Below are positions 1-7,094 of a DNA stretch of 29,547 nt, piece after piece. The notes beneath the pieces were generated by a model. The model had not been told where the DNA came from, did not search any database, and saw only the letters and a list, made by a program, of their open reading frames with translations. The stretch is taken from positions 1-29,547 of the IMG/VR virus record IMGVR_UViG_3300033521_000021. One strand, 5' to 3'. Made by a program: the position numbers and the translations under genes. Within the stretch, counting starts at the first letter, position 1; every line of letters starts with the position of its first letter. Origin of the DNA: a virus. Taxonomy: Duplodnaviria; Caudoviricetes.

Positions 1-192
1 TTTGTCCATAACTTTGATGATAATGAGATCAACTTTGTCAAGAGTAGTTAGCATTGCACTCCTGACCTTATTTGGACCATCATTCTCATAAAAACTCCGC
101 ATCAGGAATGATACAATGCCCACAATGATTGCGGAAATTGTTGCAACATTCAGAACCAAAGTTTTGTAGAAACTGGAGTAGTATTCTTGCAT
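1..192 (-). CDS. Small membrane protein, runs off the window edge (MQEYYSSFYKTLVLNVATISAIIVGIVSFLM...)
   Basis: Read manually: ATG at 192, open to position 1, one hydrophobic stretch. Confidence 0.6.
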   Translation of the reverse strand, partial: MQEYYSSFYKTLVLNVATISAIIVGIVSFLMRSFYENDGPNKVRSAMLTTLDKVDLIIIKVMDK

Positions 193-276
193 GAGTTTAT
201 GTCAATTAGTTTGTTGTTCATTTGCATCAACATCAGCACCAATGTTCTAGACATAAGAAACTGATTGATGATAGGA

Positions 277-747
277 TCACTGATCACCATAGTCTGCCCA
301 GAAGGCATCATTATGGGATGGACGAATGCAATCTACAGCATGATCACGAATCACCTGTGCATTGTAAGGAGAATCATCAACCCAGAATTGAATATTCCAG
401 AAGCGTTCAATGTCTAGGAGTTGATCACCCTTACACTGTGAACCAGTTGAATCATCATCTGCATTCTTCATGTATAGTGCATCAAACTCTGGTAGATGTT
501 CTTGCAACCAATATCCTGTTCCTTCAGCATACACATCAGGACGTGCAGTTGCAATGACTAGATCAAAACCATGTGATTTGCAATGCTTGGCAACATCAAC
601 AACAGCATCAATAGCAGGGAATTGATCACATTCATCAAACCCAGTTTGTGAACCATGATGACACAGAGTTGCATCAAGATCAAACACAACACATTTGGGT
701 TTTGAAATGTTGTAAATGACCTTTGAGAAAGTTTTGTTTTTTTGCAT
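277..747 (-). CDS. HAD-superfamily phosphatase (like the C-terminal 3'-phosphatase domain of T4 PseT/Pnk)
   Basis: Motif I VFDLDATL, motif II IATAR, conserved K, motif IV VDD. Confidence 0.8.
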   Translation of the reverse strand: MQKNKTFSKVIYNISKPKCVVFDLDATLCHHGSQTGFDECDQFPAIDAVVDVAKHCKSHGFDLVIATARPDVYAEGTGYWLQEHLPEFDALYMKNADDDSTGSQCKGDQLLDIERFWNIQFWVDDSPYNAQVIRDHAVDCIRPSHNDAFWADYGDQ

Positions 748-812
748 ATTGCAATAATAGCACGGATTTGGTGATTTGTCAAGTGTATTGTGCCACTAGT
801 ACATATGGCACA
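748..812 (-). promoter_or_regulatory. Double-palindrome early promoter cassette 1
   Basis: Minus strand TGTGCCA-N10-TGGCACA, 6 nt, TTGACA-17-TATTAT with TG extension, palindrome TATTGCAATA. Confidence 0.9.
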
Positions 813-821
813 TGAATGACA

Positions 822-962
822 CTATTGTTGGTTAATTTGTGATAGTTGTTTATTCAGTTGCTGTGCATGAGTTTGTAGAATATTGATGCCAACATCCATG
901 ATATTTGCTACACCACTCAAACCAACAGTTGCAACAGCAAAACCAATGATAAATGTCTTCAT
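822..962 (-). CDS. Small hydrophobic hypothetical protein (MKTFIIGFAVATVGL...)
   Basis: ORF track; start moved to ATG 962 to avoid overlap with the upstream gene. Confidence 0.6.
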   Translation of the reverse strand: MKTFIIGFAVATVGLSGVANIMDVGINILQTHAQQLNKQLSQINQQ

Positions 963-969
963 TTTAATA

Positions 970-1179
970 TCAAACAGGAAGGACACAAAATGTACCACAC
1001 CAACCACGAACCCAGTTGAGAGTTTCACTGTAACTGCTGCGAGGTTTGGACATCACCATGCTCACATTCTTCTCAGGATTGTAAGCAATAGCAACATATT
1101 TGTCTTCAACTTGTTGAATCCACATCTGATTAACTTTACCTTCCTTCCAGTTTGTGTGATAGTGGAAGATTTGATCCAT
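970..1179 (-). CDS. Hypothetical protein
   Basis: 69-aa ORF directly downstream of cassette 2. Confidence 0.7.
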   Translation of the reverse strand: MDQIFHYHTNWKEGKVNQMWIQQVEDKYVAIAYNPEKNVSMVMSKPRSSYSETLNWVRGWCGTFCVLPV

Positions 1180-1195
1180 TTGTGTTTCTCAACTT

Positions 1196-1264
1196 TGATA
1201 CATGTATCATACCATGGATTGAGGCATTTGCAAAAATATAGCGACCACTTCTACAACTGGCACA
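1196..1264 (-). promoter_or_regulatory. Double-palindrome early promoter cassette 2
   Basis: TGTGCCA-N10-TGGTCGC, TGG-TATGAT, perfect palindrome TGATACATGTATCA. Confidence 0.8.
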
Positions 1265-1298
1265 TGCTATACCTGAAATGCCATACATTCATGTTAGA

Positions 1299-1372
1299 AG
1301 CTAGTGACAAGACTTGAACTTGCGACCTGAGCTTTACAAAAACCCTGCTCTATCCAACTGAGCTACACTAGC
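1299..1372 (-). tRNA. tRNA-Thr(TGT)
   Basis: Cloverleaf GCTAGTG.../...CACTAGC, loop TTTGTAA, GTTCAAGT T-loop. Confidence 0.93.
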
Positions 1373-1378
1373 AAAAAA

Positions 1379-1699
1379 TTACTCCTTAAAGTATTGAATC
1401 AAGACCCAGACAACTAATGAAATTGCACCAATGATTAGGATGTATTTCCATGCAGCAAGTGCAAAAAGAATGACTAACAGTGCTAATGCACCTGCACCAT
1501 TGAACTCACCACTATCACCACCAGATGATGATGAATTGCTATTGTCTGAACTGTATGAGTTATCTATAACAGCAGTGATACATTTGCCACCAGTCATAGA
1601 CTCAGCAAATGAAACTGCATCACTGTAAGTGTATGCTTCAACCCTTACAGTTTGAATCCAATTAGATGGAGTTCTAATTGTACACTTCCACTCATTCAT
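1379..1699 (-). CDS. Hypothetical membrane protein (small N-terminal domain, Ser/Gly linker, C-terminal hydrophobic hairpin); start may be ATG 1695-region/GTG-type, taken from ORF track
   Basis: ORF track; two hydrophobic segments at the C-terminus. Confidence 0.7.
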   Translation of the reverse strand: MNEWKCTIRTPSNWIQTVRVEAYTYSDAVSFAESMTGGKCITAVIDNSYSSDNSNSSSSGGDSGEFNGAGALALLVILFALAAWKYILIIGAISLVVWVLIQYFKE

Positions 1700-2376
1700 T
1701 TGTTGTTGTAATCCTGAATATACTTCTTGAGAGTGTCAACATAATCATCAGGGTTCTTGATGAACACCTGAGTTTCACCTGAATGACAAGAAATGAGAGT
1801 TACAATTTGCTCTACCTTTCTACCAGTCATTTCCTCATACATCTTAGCATAACCTGTCTCTTGAACAAAGTAACCAAGAATCTGAGATTCATACTTTGGT
1901 TTAGAAGAACTCTTGAAGTCAATGATGGACAATTTACCATCAAACTCTGCAATGCAGTCTACACGACCAGCAATGCCTAGTTGTTCAGAATACAATGCAC
2001 ACTCTTGATAGTGAACATTGTTAATCATGTCAAGATGATGCTTGAATTGATTGAACAACTTCAGAGCAACTTCATAATTCTCATTACCTTCATACTCTAC
2101 AAAGTCAATAGAATTGTCAACATATTGCTCTACAATACTGTGGAACTTTGTGCCATTAGTAGATGCAAACTGACTGATCTTATTTGCAACTTCTTGACCT
2201 ACACGTTGCCTCCATTCATTAATACTATGACGAGTTTGATAGGAAGTAACTGATGTGATAGAAGGCAACAGTTTGCCATTCACGACATATTTGCGAGAAC
2301 CATTGACAGTTTCAGTAGGAATATCTGCAAGTTTAGGCAGATTGAGGTGATTGAAAGGTTGAGAAATAGTCAGCAT
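1696..2376 (-). CDS. PD-(D/E)XK exonuclease (cyanophage exonuclease / MGME1-like)
   Basis: PSITSV, GTKFH, IAGRVDCIAEFDGKLSIIDFKSS and QxxxY motifs; start set at ATG 2376. Confidence 0.88.
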   Translation of the reverse strand: MLTISQPFNHLNLPKLADIPTETVNGSRKYVVNGKLLPSITSVTSYQTRHSINEWRQRVGQEVANKISQFASTNGTKFHSIVEQYVDNSIDFVEYEGNENYEVALKLFNQFKHHLDMINNVHYQECALYSEQLGIAGRVDCIAEFDGKLSIIDFKSSSKPKYESQILGYFVQETGYAKMYEEMTGRKVEQIVTLISCHSGETQVFIKNPDDYVDTLKKYIQDYNNK

Positions 2377-2399
2377 GTTGTTTTTAATGGTGTTGATGA

Positions 2400-2549
2400 T
2401 CAAAGGAACTCAGCAATGTAATAGTCAACAGTAATTTCTAATTCTGCTGCTTTTGTTTCAAGTTCCATTGCATATTCTTCTGCAAGTTGTGCATCCTCAT
2501 GATTACAGAAGAGATCAAGAGTGGAGTCAGTCATAAACTTATCTTTCAT
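2400..2549 (-). CDS. Small acidic hypothetical protein (C-terminal EITVDYYIAEFL)
   Basis: ORF track; start reassigned to ATG 2549 downstream of the promoter. Confidence 0.7.
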   Translation of the reverse strand: MKDKFMTDSTLDLFCNHEDAQLAEEYAMELETKAAELEITVDYYIAEFL

Positions 2550-2614
2550 ACATGTATGATACCACAGATTCACAAGAAAGTCAAGCATTAGTAGACAGTT
2601 CTACAAGTGTCACA
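2546..2614 (-). promoter_or_regulatory. Double-palindrome early promoter cassette 3
   Basis: TGTGACA-N10-TGTCTAC, 6 nt, TTGACT-17-TATCAT, palindrome TCATACATGTATGA. Confidence 0.88.
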
Positions 2615-2729
2615 AGGTATAACTTTGATGCATCATTTTGTGTGTATCATGTTGCATCTGTTTATCTGCATTGTTACTCACAACATATCCAATCATCAGA
2701 CAAATAATACAGAACAGTACAGGTTTCAT
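2610..2729 (-). CDS. 39-aa hydrophobic peptide (MKPVLFCIICLMIGYVV...)
   Basis: Read manually; ATGA overlap with the upstream gene. Confidence 0.55.
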   Translation of the reverse strand: MKPVLFCIICLMIGYVVSNNADKQMQHDTHKMMHQSYTL

Positions 2730-3139
2730 TTGTAGAGATAACCTCCTGCCCAATCAGCACGTTTGTACATTTCTTCACAAGATTGTTCATCCATAAGATT
2801 ATACCTCACACCCTTAGCAGGTGATTTCCAAGATGCAGATTTGTACACATCACCAGTATTCAGATCAACAAATGCATGAGCACTGCGTTGTTTATGGAGA
2901 CCAGCATGATGTACAATTCTGGCATACTTTCTACCCTTTTCATAGGTATATTCATCCACACCTTCACCCATGCAAAGTTTATCAATTTGCTCCTGGTGAT
3001 AGTCTACATTCTCACCTTTGGCAATGTATTCTCTATGACGAGCAATAGCAGAAGATTGATAATTGGTACGCAGAACATCACAGAACTGCTCAATCTTATC
3101 AATAATTTGTTCAGTGGTCAAAGTTGTATTTTTCATCAT
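2726..3139 (-). CDS. Conserved phage hypothetical protein (GRKY...HAFVD...GDVYK.ASWK.PAKGVRYNL type)
   Basis: Motif pattern recalled from T4-like cyanophage early genes. Confidence 0.8.
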   Translation of the reverse strand: MMKNTTLTTEQIIDKIEQFCDVLRTNYQSSAIARHREYIAKGENVDYHQEQIDKLCMGEGVDEYTYEKGRKYARIVHHAGLHKQRSAHAFVDLNTGDVYKSASWKSPAKGVRYNLMDEQSCEEMYKRADWAGGYLYK

Positions 3140-3205
3140 GCTTACAGCATAACACAGATAACAGCAGAAATCAAGGGGTATTGTGGCAGTTTGTCAACTG
3201 TCCAC
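3138..3205 (-). promoter_or_regulatory. Double-palindrome early promoter cassette 4
   Basis: GTGGACA-N10-TGCCACA, 7 nt, TTGATT-17-TATGCT, palindrome ATGCT-GTA-AGCAT. Confidence 0.85.
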
Positions 3206-3361
3206 CTTCAAATGCTCTCTACAATATACAAATCTATTCCATTCTTCATCTGTAAAGTTATCACTTGCATAAGGAATGCCTACAACATGAGCACAGAATT
3301 GATTGATATATTCTGATGTATTTGTACTTGAAATGACAACAGAAGCAAGAAGTTCAATCAT
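3194..3361 (-). CDS. 55-aa hypothetical protein (MIELLASVVISS...)
   Basis: Read manually; TAATG coupling to the upstream ORF. Confidence 0.55.
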   Translation of the reverse strand: MIELLASVVISSTNTSEYINQFCAHVVGIPYASDNFTDEEWNRFVYCREHLKVDS

Positions 3362-3573
3362 TAAAATCTGGGAGGAATGTCACAATATTGTTGTGGATCA
3401 TAGTCAGATCCATCTTTAATTGATGCAGTAATACCTTGAATATCTTTTGCTTTATACAATAAAAACTCAAGATCTTCAATGAGTTCATTTAAATCATCAT
3501 CAGTCTTTCCACGTAAAGCATCATCAATTCTATCAAATGCTGCTGATGTTTGTAGTGAGTGTTGATGTATCAT
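3361..3573 (-). CDS. Hypothetical protein
   Basis: 70-aa ORF, co-oriented with neighbours. Confidence 0.65.
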   Translation of the reverse strand: MIHQHSLQTSAAFDRIDDALRGKTDDDLNELIEDLEFLLYKAKDIQGITASIKDGSDYDPQQYCDIPPRF

Positions 3574-3594
3574 TTTACTTATTCTTTAATATAA

Positions 3595-3667
3595 CAGGCA
3601 CAGAGGGACTCGAACCCCCAATCGTCATCTTAGAAGGATGTTGCATTATCCATTATGCTATGTGCCC
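3595..3667 (-). tRNA. tRNA-Arg(TCT), copy 1
   Basis: GGGCACA acceptor, loop CTTCTAA, GGTTCGAGTCC. Confidence 0.92.
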
Positions 3668-3692
3668 AAATAAAGGGGCATTGCCCCTATTT
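3668..3692 (-). terminator. GC hairpin with T-rich tail (terminator-like)
   Basis: AGGGGCAATGCCCCT followed by TTATTT on the minus strand. Confidence 0.5.
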
Positions 3693-3696
3693 ATTA

Positions 3697-3846
3697 TCAG
3701 AAATCAATCCATTCAGAGGTTGGTTCAGCAACCACAGTTTCAGTGGAAGGAGTTTTATCTTCACCAGTCACAGCATCAAGAATTGCCAGAATCTCATTGC
3801 CAGTTTGACCACGACGAAGAGCAGCAATCATGAGTTCAGCAGACAT
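3697..3846 (-). CDS. 49-aa hypothetical protein (MSAELMIAALRRGQTGNEILAILD...)
   Basis: Read manually; resembles a small protein family recalled from cyanophages. Confidence 0.65.
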   Translation of the reverse strand: MSAELMIAALRRGQTGNEILAILDAVTGEDKTPSTETVVAEPTSEWIDF

Positions 3847-3908
3847 AATAAGAAAGAATCAAATAGGGTACAATTTGTGTAACTTTAGGGCAAACACATT
3901 CCCATCAA

Positions 3909-4046
3909 TCAAGCAGTGAGTGTTATTTCAACATCCTCATCTTCATCTGGAAGATTATAGATGAGTTCATAGTAATCATCATAATCAACACCAAGATAAG
4001 ATGCAAAATATTCTAGATCATCATGCAATTTGCAAGTGTCAATCAT
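3909..4046 (-). CDS. 45-aa acidic hypothetical protein (MIDTCKLHDDLEYF...)
   Basis: Read manually; GAGGA ribosome-binding site, follows cassette 5. Confidence 0.65.
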   Translation of the reverse strand: MIDTCKLHDDLEYFASYLGVDYDDYYELIYNLPDEDEDVEITLTA

Positions 4047-4060
4047 TGTTCCTCAACTTT

Positions 4061-4129
4061 TGATGTGATCATCATAGCACAAAAACTTAGGATTTGGGAG
4101 TATTATGTGCCAGTTCTACAGGTGACACA
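4061..4129 (-). promoter_or_regulatory. Double-palindrome early promoter cassette 5 (no -35 box)
   Basis: TGTGTCA-N10-TGGCACA, TGC-TATGAT, palindrome TGATG-ATCA-CATCA. Confidence 0.82.
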
Positions 4130-4219
4130 GTAGCATAGTTTTGAGTCTGTGCTTTGAGTGTAATGAATGGATCTCCAACAAGTAGAATCACACACAGAAA
4201 GATGCCTTTCCACATACTA

Positions 4220-4402
4220 TCAAACATCATAAATCTTGTTCATGTTGAACTGTTCCCTATACCACACTTTATCTGCTTCAGTGTTATAGGAAAGACCTAA
4301 TAAAAAACTATAATGATCTGCCCACAATCTACAACTAAACTCAAACCAGTCTTGCATTGGTTCACTGTTAATGTTTTGAAGTTGCATTTCAATTTTGTTC
4401 AT
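4220..4402 (-). CDS. Hypothetical protein (MNKIEMQ...)
   Basis: ORF track; start reassigned to ATG 4402. Confidence 0.65.
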   Translation of the reverse strand: MNKIEMQLQNINSEPMQDWFEFSCRLWADHYSFLLGLSYNTEADKVWYREQFNMNKIYDV

Positions 4403-4468
4403 ACATGTATGATAGCACACAATCACAGAGAAATCAAGTGGTTGTGTGCCAGTTCATCAAGTGTCCTC
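4399..4468 (-). promoter_or_regulatory. Double-palindrome early promoter cassette 6
   Basis: GAGGACA-N10-TGGCACA, 7 nt, TTGATT-17-TATCAT, palindrome TCATACATGTATGA. Confidence 0.88.
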
Positions 4469-4685
4469 AGTTAACCTCAAGTTCAGCAAGTTTCTTCTTA
4501 TTACGTAATTCAGTGATGATGATTTGCAGTTCAATCACATCCTGCCTACAATCTTCTAGATCCTCACACATAATTTCATATTGATATTCTGATTTACATC
4601 TACGAATTTGTTTGCTTAATTTATCATACCTCTTCTTTGCTTCTTTGAGATCTTTTTCGTATTCTTGAATAGACTTGTAGTTCAT
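4467..4685 (-). CDS. Small coiled-coil hypothetical protein
   Basis: 72-aa charged helical ORF. Confidence 0.65.
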   Translation of the reverse strand: MNYKSIQEYEKDLKEAKKRYDKLSKQIRRCKSEYQYEIMCEDLEDCRQDVIELQIIITELRNKKKLAELEVN

Positions 4686-4807
4686 TTGATGTAAGGACTA
4701 TTGAAATAACGACGAAAAACAGTGATAAGAATAATAGCAGTGCTAATGACACCAACCAAACCAAGGAAGGTAACAGCATCACCTGTGAAATTGTACGTAT
4801 TAGGCAT
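4682..4807 (-). CDS. 41-aa single-pass membrane peptide (MPNTYNFTGDAVTFLGLVGVISTAIILITVFRRY...)
   Basis: Read manually; ATGA overlap with the next gene. Confidence 0.65.
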   Translation of the reverse strand: MPNTYNFTGDAVTFLGLVGVISTAIILITVFRRYFNSPYIK

Positions 4808-4817
4808 TTGTTTTTTG

Positions 4818-4888
4818 ATTACCTTGTAATGATACCAGATCTGAGGGAAGAAATCAAGGGGTAGTGTGCCACTTCATCAACTGTACCC
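4818..4888 (-). promoter_or_regulatory. Double-palindrome early promoter cassette 7
   Basis: GGGTACA-N10-TGGCACA, 7 nt, TTGATT-17-TATCAT, ATTAC-AAG-GTAAT. Confidence 0.85.
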
Positions 4889-5050
4889 TGTGAGACCCTC
4901 AATAGTGCTCTGCAGTTTATTGTACAATCTATTTAAACTTACATCACAATTATTCTCTATGAGTTTCTGTTCATTCCTTGATAGTAACTGAAGAGCATTC
5001 TTAATTGCACCCAATTCATCAAGACTCAATCTCACAAAGTCTTCAGTCAT
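4877..5050 (-). CDS. 57-aa hypothetical protein (MTEDFVRLSLDEL...)
   Basis: Read manually; ATGA overlap. Confidence 0.55.
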   Translation of the reverse strand: MTEDFVRLSLDELGAIKNALQLLSRNEQKLIENNCDVSLNRLYNKLQSTIEGLTGYS

Positions 5051-5256
5051 TTAACTACTTTCCAATGAAGATCATTCACTTTATCAATCCAAAAGAAGTA
5101 TTTCTTATTGATTGATGCAAGAAACAATTGCTTATCATTTTCTTGCTCTACATGACAACCATGAAGATTGTCCATAACATTGGCAAACCTATTCTTTGCT
5201 TTATTAGAAACAGGTTCAACATTAACCATTTTACGTTTCATCTTAGTTTCCATCAA
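5047..5256 (-). CDS. Hypothetical protein
   Basis: 69-aa ORF with GGAG ribosome-binding site. Confidence 0.7.
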   Translation of the reverse strand: MMETKMKRKMVNVEPVSNKAKNRFANVMDNLHGCHVEQENDKQLFLASINKKYFFWIDKVNDLHWKVVK

Positions 5257-5296
5257 TTAACTCCACAAAATGAATTGAGAGTATCATGTGTTTGAT

Positions 5297-5368
5297 TGAT
5301 TACCTAGTAATCATAGCATGGATTTAAGGTCTCTGCTCTTTTATTGTGCCACTTCTACATGTGTCACA
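5297..5368 (-). promoter_or_regulatory. Double-palindrome early promoter cassette 8 (no -35 box)
   Basis: TGTGACA-N10-TGGCACA, TGC-TATGAT, TGATTAC-TAG-GTAATCA. Confidence 0.85.
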
Positions 5369-5376
5369 CTGTATAA

Positions 5377-5447
5377 TGGAGAATACCAGAGTCGAACTGG
5401 TGACTGATGCTTGCAAAGCACCCATTTTACCACTAAACTAATCCCCC
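5377..5447 (-). tRNA. tRNA-Ala(TGC)
   Basis: Loop TTTGCAA, G3:U70 pair, A73. Confidence 0.9.
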
Positions 5448-5450
5448 AAG

Positions 5451-5524
5451 TGCCCATGATAGGATTCGAACCTACACTGTATGGATTCTAAGTCCACCTT
5501 CTCTACCAGTTGGAATACATAGGC
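5451..5524 (-). tRNA. tRNA-Leu(TAG), short variable loop
   Basis: GTGGA-CTTAGAA-TCCAT anticodon arm, 5-nt variable loop, GGTTCGAATCC. Confidence 0.88.
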
Positions 5525-5527
5525 AAA

Positions 5528-5599
5528 CTCCCCCACCTGGATTCGAACCAGGGACCAAATGATTAACAGTCATCTGCGCTACCGCTGCGCCACAGGGGA
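5528..5599 (-). tRNA. tRNA-Asn(GTT)
   Basis: Loop CTGTTAA, canonical D and T arms, G73. Confidence 0.95.
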
Positions 5600-5602
5600 A
5601 TA

Positions 5603-5761
5603 CTATTCTTCTTCACTAATAATATATTCAACTGTATTTGCTATGTCATTCATAGCATCACGCAGTTGCTGTTGACTTCCTGCGTGCATTTCAAGAGATG
5701 AATCAGTTAAAGTCCATCTCCACAGTTTCATATTTTCATTATACCACAGATTGATTATCAT
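5603..5761 (-). CDS. 52-aa hypothetical protein (MIINLWY...WRWTL...AMNDIANTVEY)
   Basis: Read manually. Confidence 0.65.
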   Translation of the reverse strand: MIINLWYNENMKLWRWTLTDSSLEMHAGSQQQLRDAMNDIANTVEYIISEEE

Positions 5762-5906
5762 TTTTGAAATATTCGAGTTTTATCCAATTAAGAAGGGCAT
5801 TGAGTTCCATTCTCTTTTCTTCAGTAAAATCAAATTGTTTGTTGAAAATATAAAAGTCAAGTGCTTCAATAGCAACTTTTCTATCTCTCTGTGATATTAA
5901 GGACAT
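5739..5906 (-). CDS. 55-aa hypothetical protein (MSLISQRDRKVAIEAL...)
   Basis: Read manually; preceded by AATAAATA (late-promoter-like) at 5931-5938. Confidence 0.6.
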   Translation of the reverse strand: MSLISQRDRKVAIEALDFYIFNKQFDFTEEKRMELNALLNWIKLEYFKNDNQSVV

Positions 5907-5944
5907 AATAAAAATTTAATTGCTTGAAGATATTTATTCTTCAA

Positions 5945-6019
5945 TCGGGGTGATAGGATTTGAACCTACGACTTCTGCTTCCCAAAAGCAGCGCTCTATC
6001 CAAACTGAGCTACACCCCG
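5945..6019 (-). tRNA. tRNA-Pro(TGG)
   Basis: CGGGGTG acceptor, loop TTTGGGA. Confidence 0.95.
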
Positions 6020-6023
6020 TGAG

Positions 6024-6095
6024 TGGGAAATCACAGATTCGAACTGTGGACCATCTCCGTGTAAAGGAGGCACTCTACCACTGAGTTAATCTCCC
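6024..6095 (-). tRNA. tRNA-Val(TAC)
   Basis: Loop TTTACAC, canonical arms. Confidence 0.93.
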
Positions 6096-6097
6096 AG

Positions 6098-6245
6098 AGG
6101 GGAAGTATTAGAGGACTTCCCTATACGACTATCAGAATCAGATATTTCTAACCCTGATAGAAGGTGATACAGTACTGAAGTAATTTACTGACTCCCCACA
6201 GGCATCAATAACACTTTCAGTAAAGTTGGCAGATATTTCTACCAA
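6098..6245 (-). ncRNA. Candidate structured ncRNA, four hairpins, between tRNA-Ser and tRNA-Val
   Basis: Two stems capped by identical TAGAAATATCTG; G-U pairs favour the minus strand. Confidence 0.6.
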
Positions 6246-6331
6246 AGGAAGGTCAGGGATTCGAACCCTGGGAGGCTACTAACCTCAATAGTTTTCAAGA
6301 CTATCACCATAAACCACTCGGTCAACCTTCC
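6246..6331 (-). tRNA. tRNA-Ser(TGA)
   Basis: Loop CTTGAAA, long variable arm GAGGTTAGTAGCCTC. Confidence 0.93.
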
Positions 6332-6401
6332 AATTTGATGGATTAGGTGTGATATACCTCATAAGGATATAACAGGGACCTAACCTCTATCTAGTTATGT
6401 A

Positions 6402-6632
6402 TCAGACTTGAATAGGAACAAGAACACTATTATTCTTGAGTTTGGCAATCAGTTTACCAACACTCTCAGCAGTGCGAATTTGTTCTTCAACACTTTGAAG
6501 ATTATCACATGCAAAAACATAAGACTTATCAAGATTGCTATGATAAGTTACACCAACTTGATTTTCATCATAATCAAAAGAAACTTCAGAGATAGCAGAA
6601 GAATCAACATTGAGAGTAACAGAAACAGACAT
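6402..6632 (-). CDS. Small protein with KTSC-like features (SSAISEVSFD...GVTY...Y...SVGK)
   Basis: Loose resemblance to the KTSC-domain pattern. Confidence 0.55.
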   Translation of the reverse strand: MSVSVTLNVDSSAISEVSFDYDENQVGVTYHSNLDKSYVFACDNLQSVEEQIRTAESVGKLIAKLKNNSVLVPIQV

Positions 6633-6645
6633 TTGCCTTTGATTG

Positions 6646-6715
6646 ATTACTTTGTAATAATAGCATGTCTGAGGGGAAAAGTCAAGAGGTGTGTGCCACT
6701 TAGAGGATTGTCACA
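6646..6715 (-). promoter_or_regulatory. Double-palindrome early promoter cassette 9
   Basis: TGTGACA-N10-TGGCACA, 6 nt, TTGACT-17-TATTAT, ATTAC-AAA-GTAAT. Confidence 0.9.
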
Positions 6716-6841
6716 TTGGTCCAATTATTTTTATAAATTAGCATCAATGCATTACTATTGATTGGATTGAATGTTGCATAACTATCACAAACAAAAACAA
6801 TTTTACCTTTCATGTCTTTGTAGGAGACAAACATCTTTTCT

Positions 6842-7021
6842 TCAAGAGTCATAAGTGGGATCGCCTTTACCTTCAAGAGTTTTTACAAGCAATGCAGTGA
6901 AAAGTTCCATTTTATCTGGATGAACTGTTGCTGGATTAATATTTATTGCATTCTTCAGTGCAACAAGTTCATTCCATTCATCATTTGATAGGTCTGTTTG
7001 AGTAAAACGTGAGTGCGTCAT
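6842..7021 (-). CDS. 59-aa hypothetical protein (..EWNELVALKNAININPATVHPDKMELF..)
   Basis: Read manually; AAGGA ribosome-binding site. Confidence 0.65.
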   Translation of the reverse strand: MTHSRFTQTDLSNDEWNELVALKNAININPATVHPDKMELFTALLVKTLEGKGDPTYDS

Positions 7022-7094
7022 AAATTCCTTAATTATGTTGATACTCTAACATACTATCTATGATTTATGTGATTTCTTAATCTTATCTTTAATT

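Noticed and set aside
789-812. Palindrome as a canonical CRP (TGTGA-N6-TCACA) or NtcA (GTA-N8-TAC) site
   Set aside because: Half-site spacing and sequence do not match either consensus
1696-2376. Nuclease as Cas4
   Set aside because: Lacks the four-Cys Fe-S ligand arrangement of Cas4
5451-6331. Anticodons TAG and TGA as suppressor tRNAs or stop-codon recoding
   Set aside because: They read CTA (Leu) and TCA (Ser); long genes are intact in the standard code and all three stops are used
748-6715. Recurrent palindromes read as a CRISPR array or integron attC sites
   Set aside because: Repeats are degenerate, hundreds of bases apart and tied to -10/-35 boxes; no cas or integrase gene in the window
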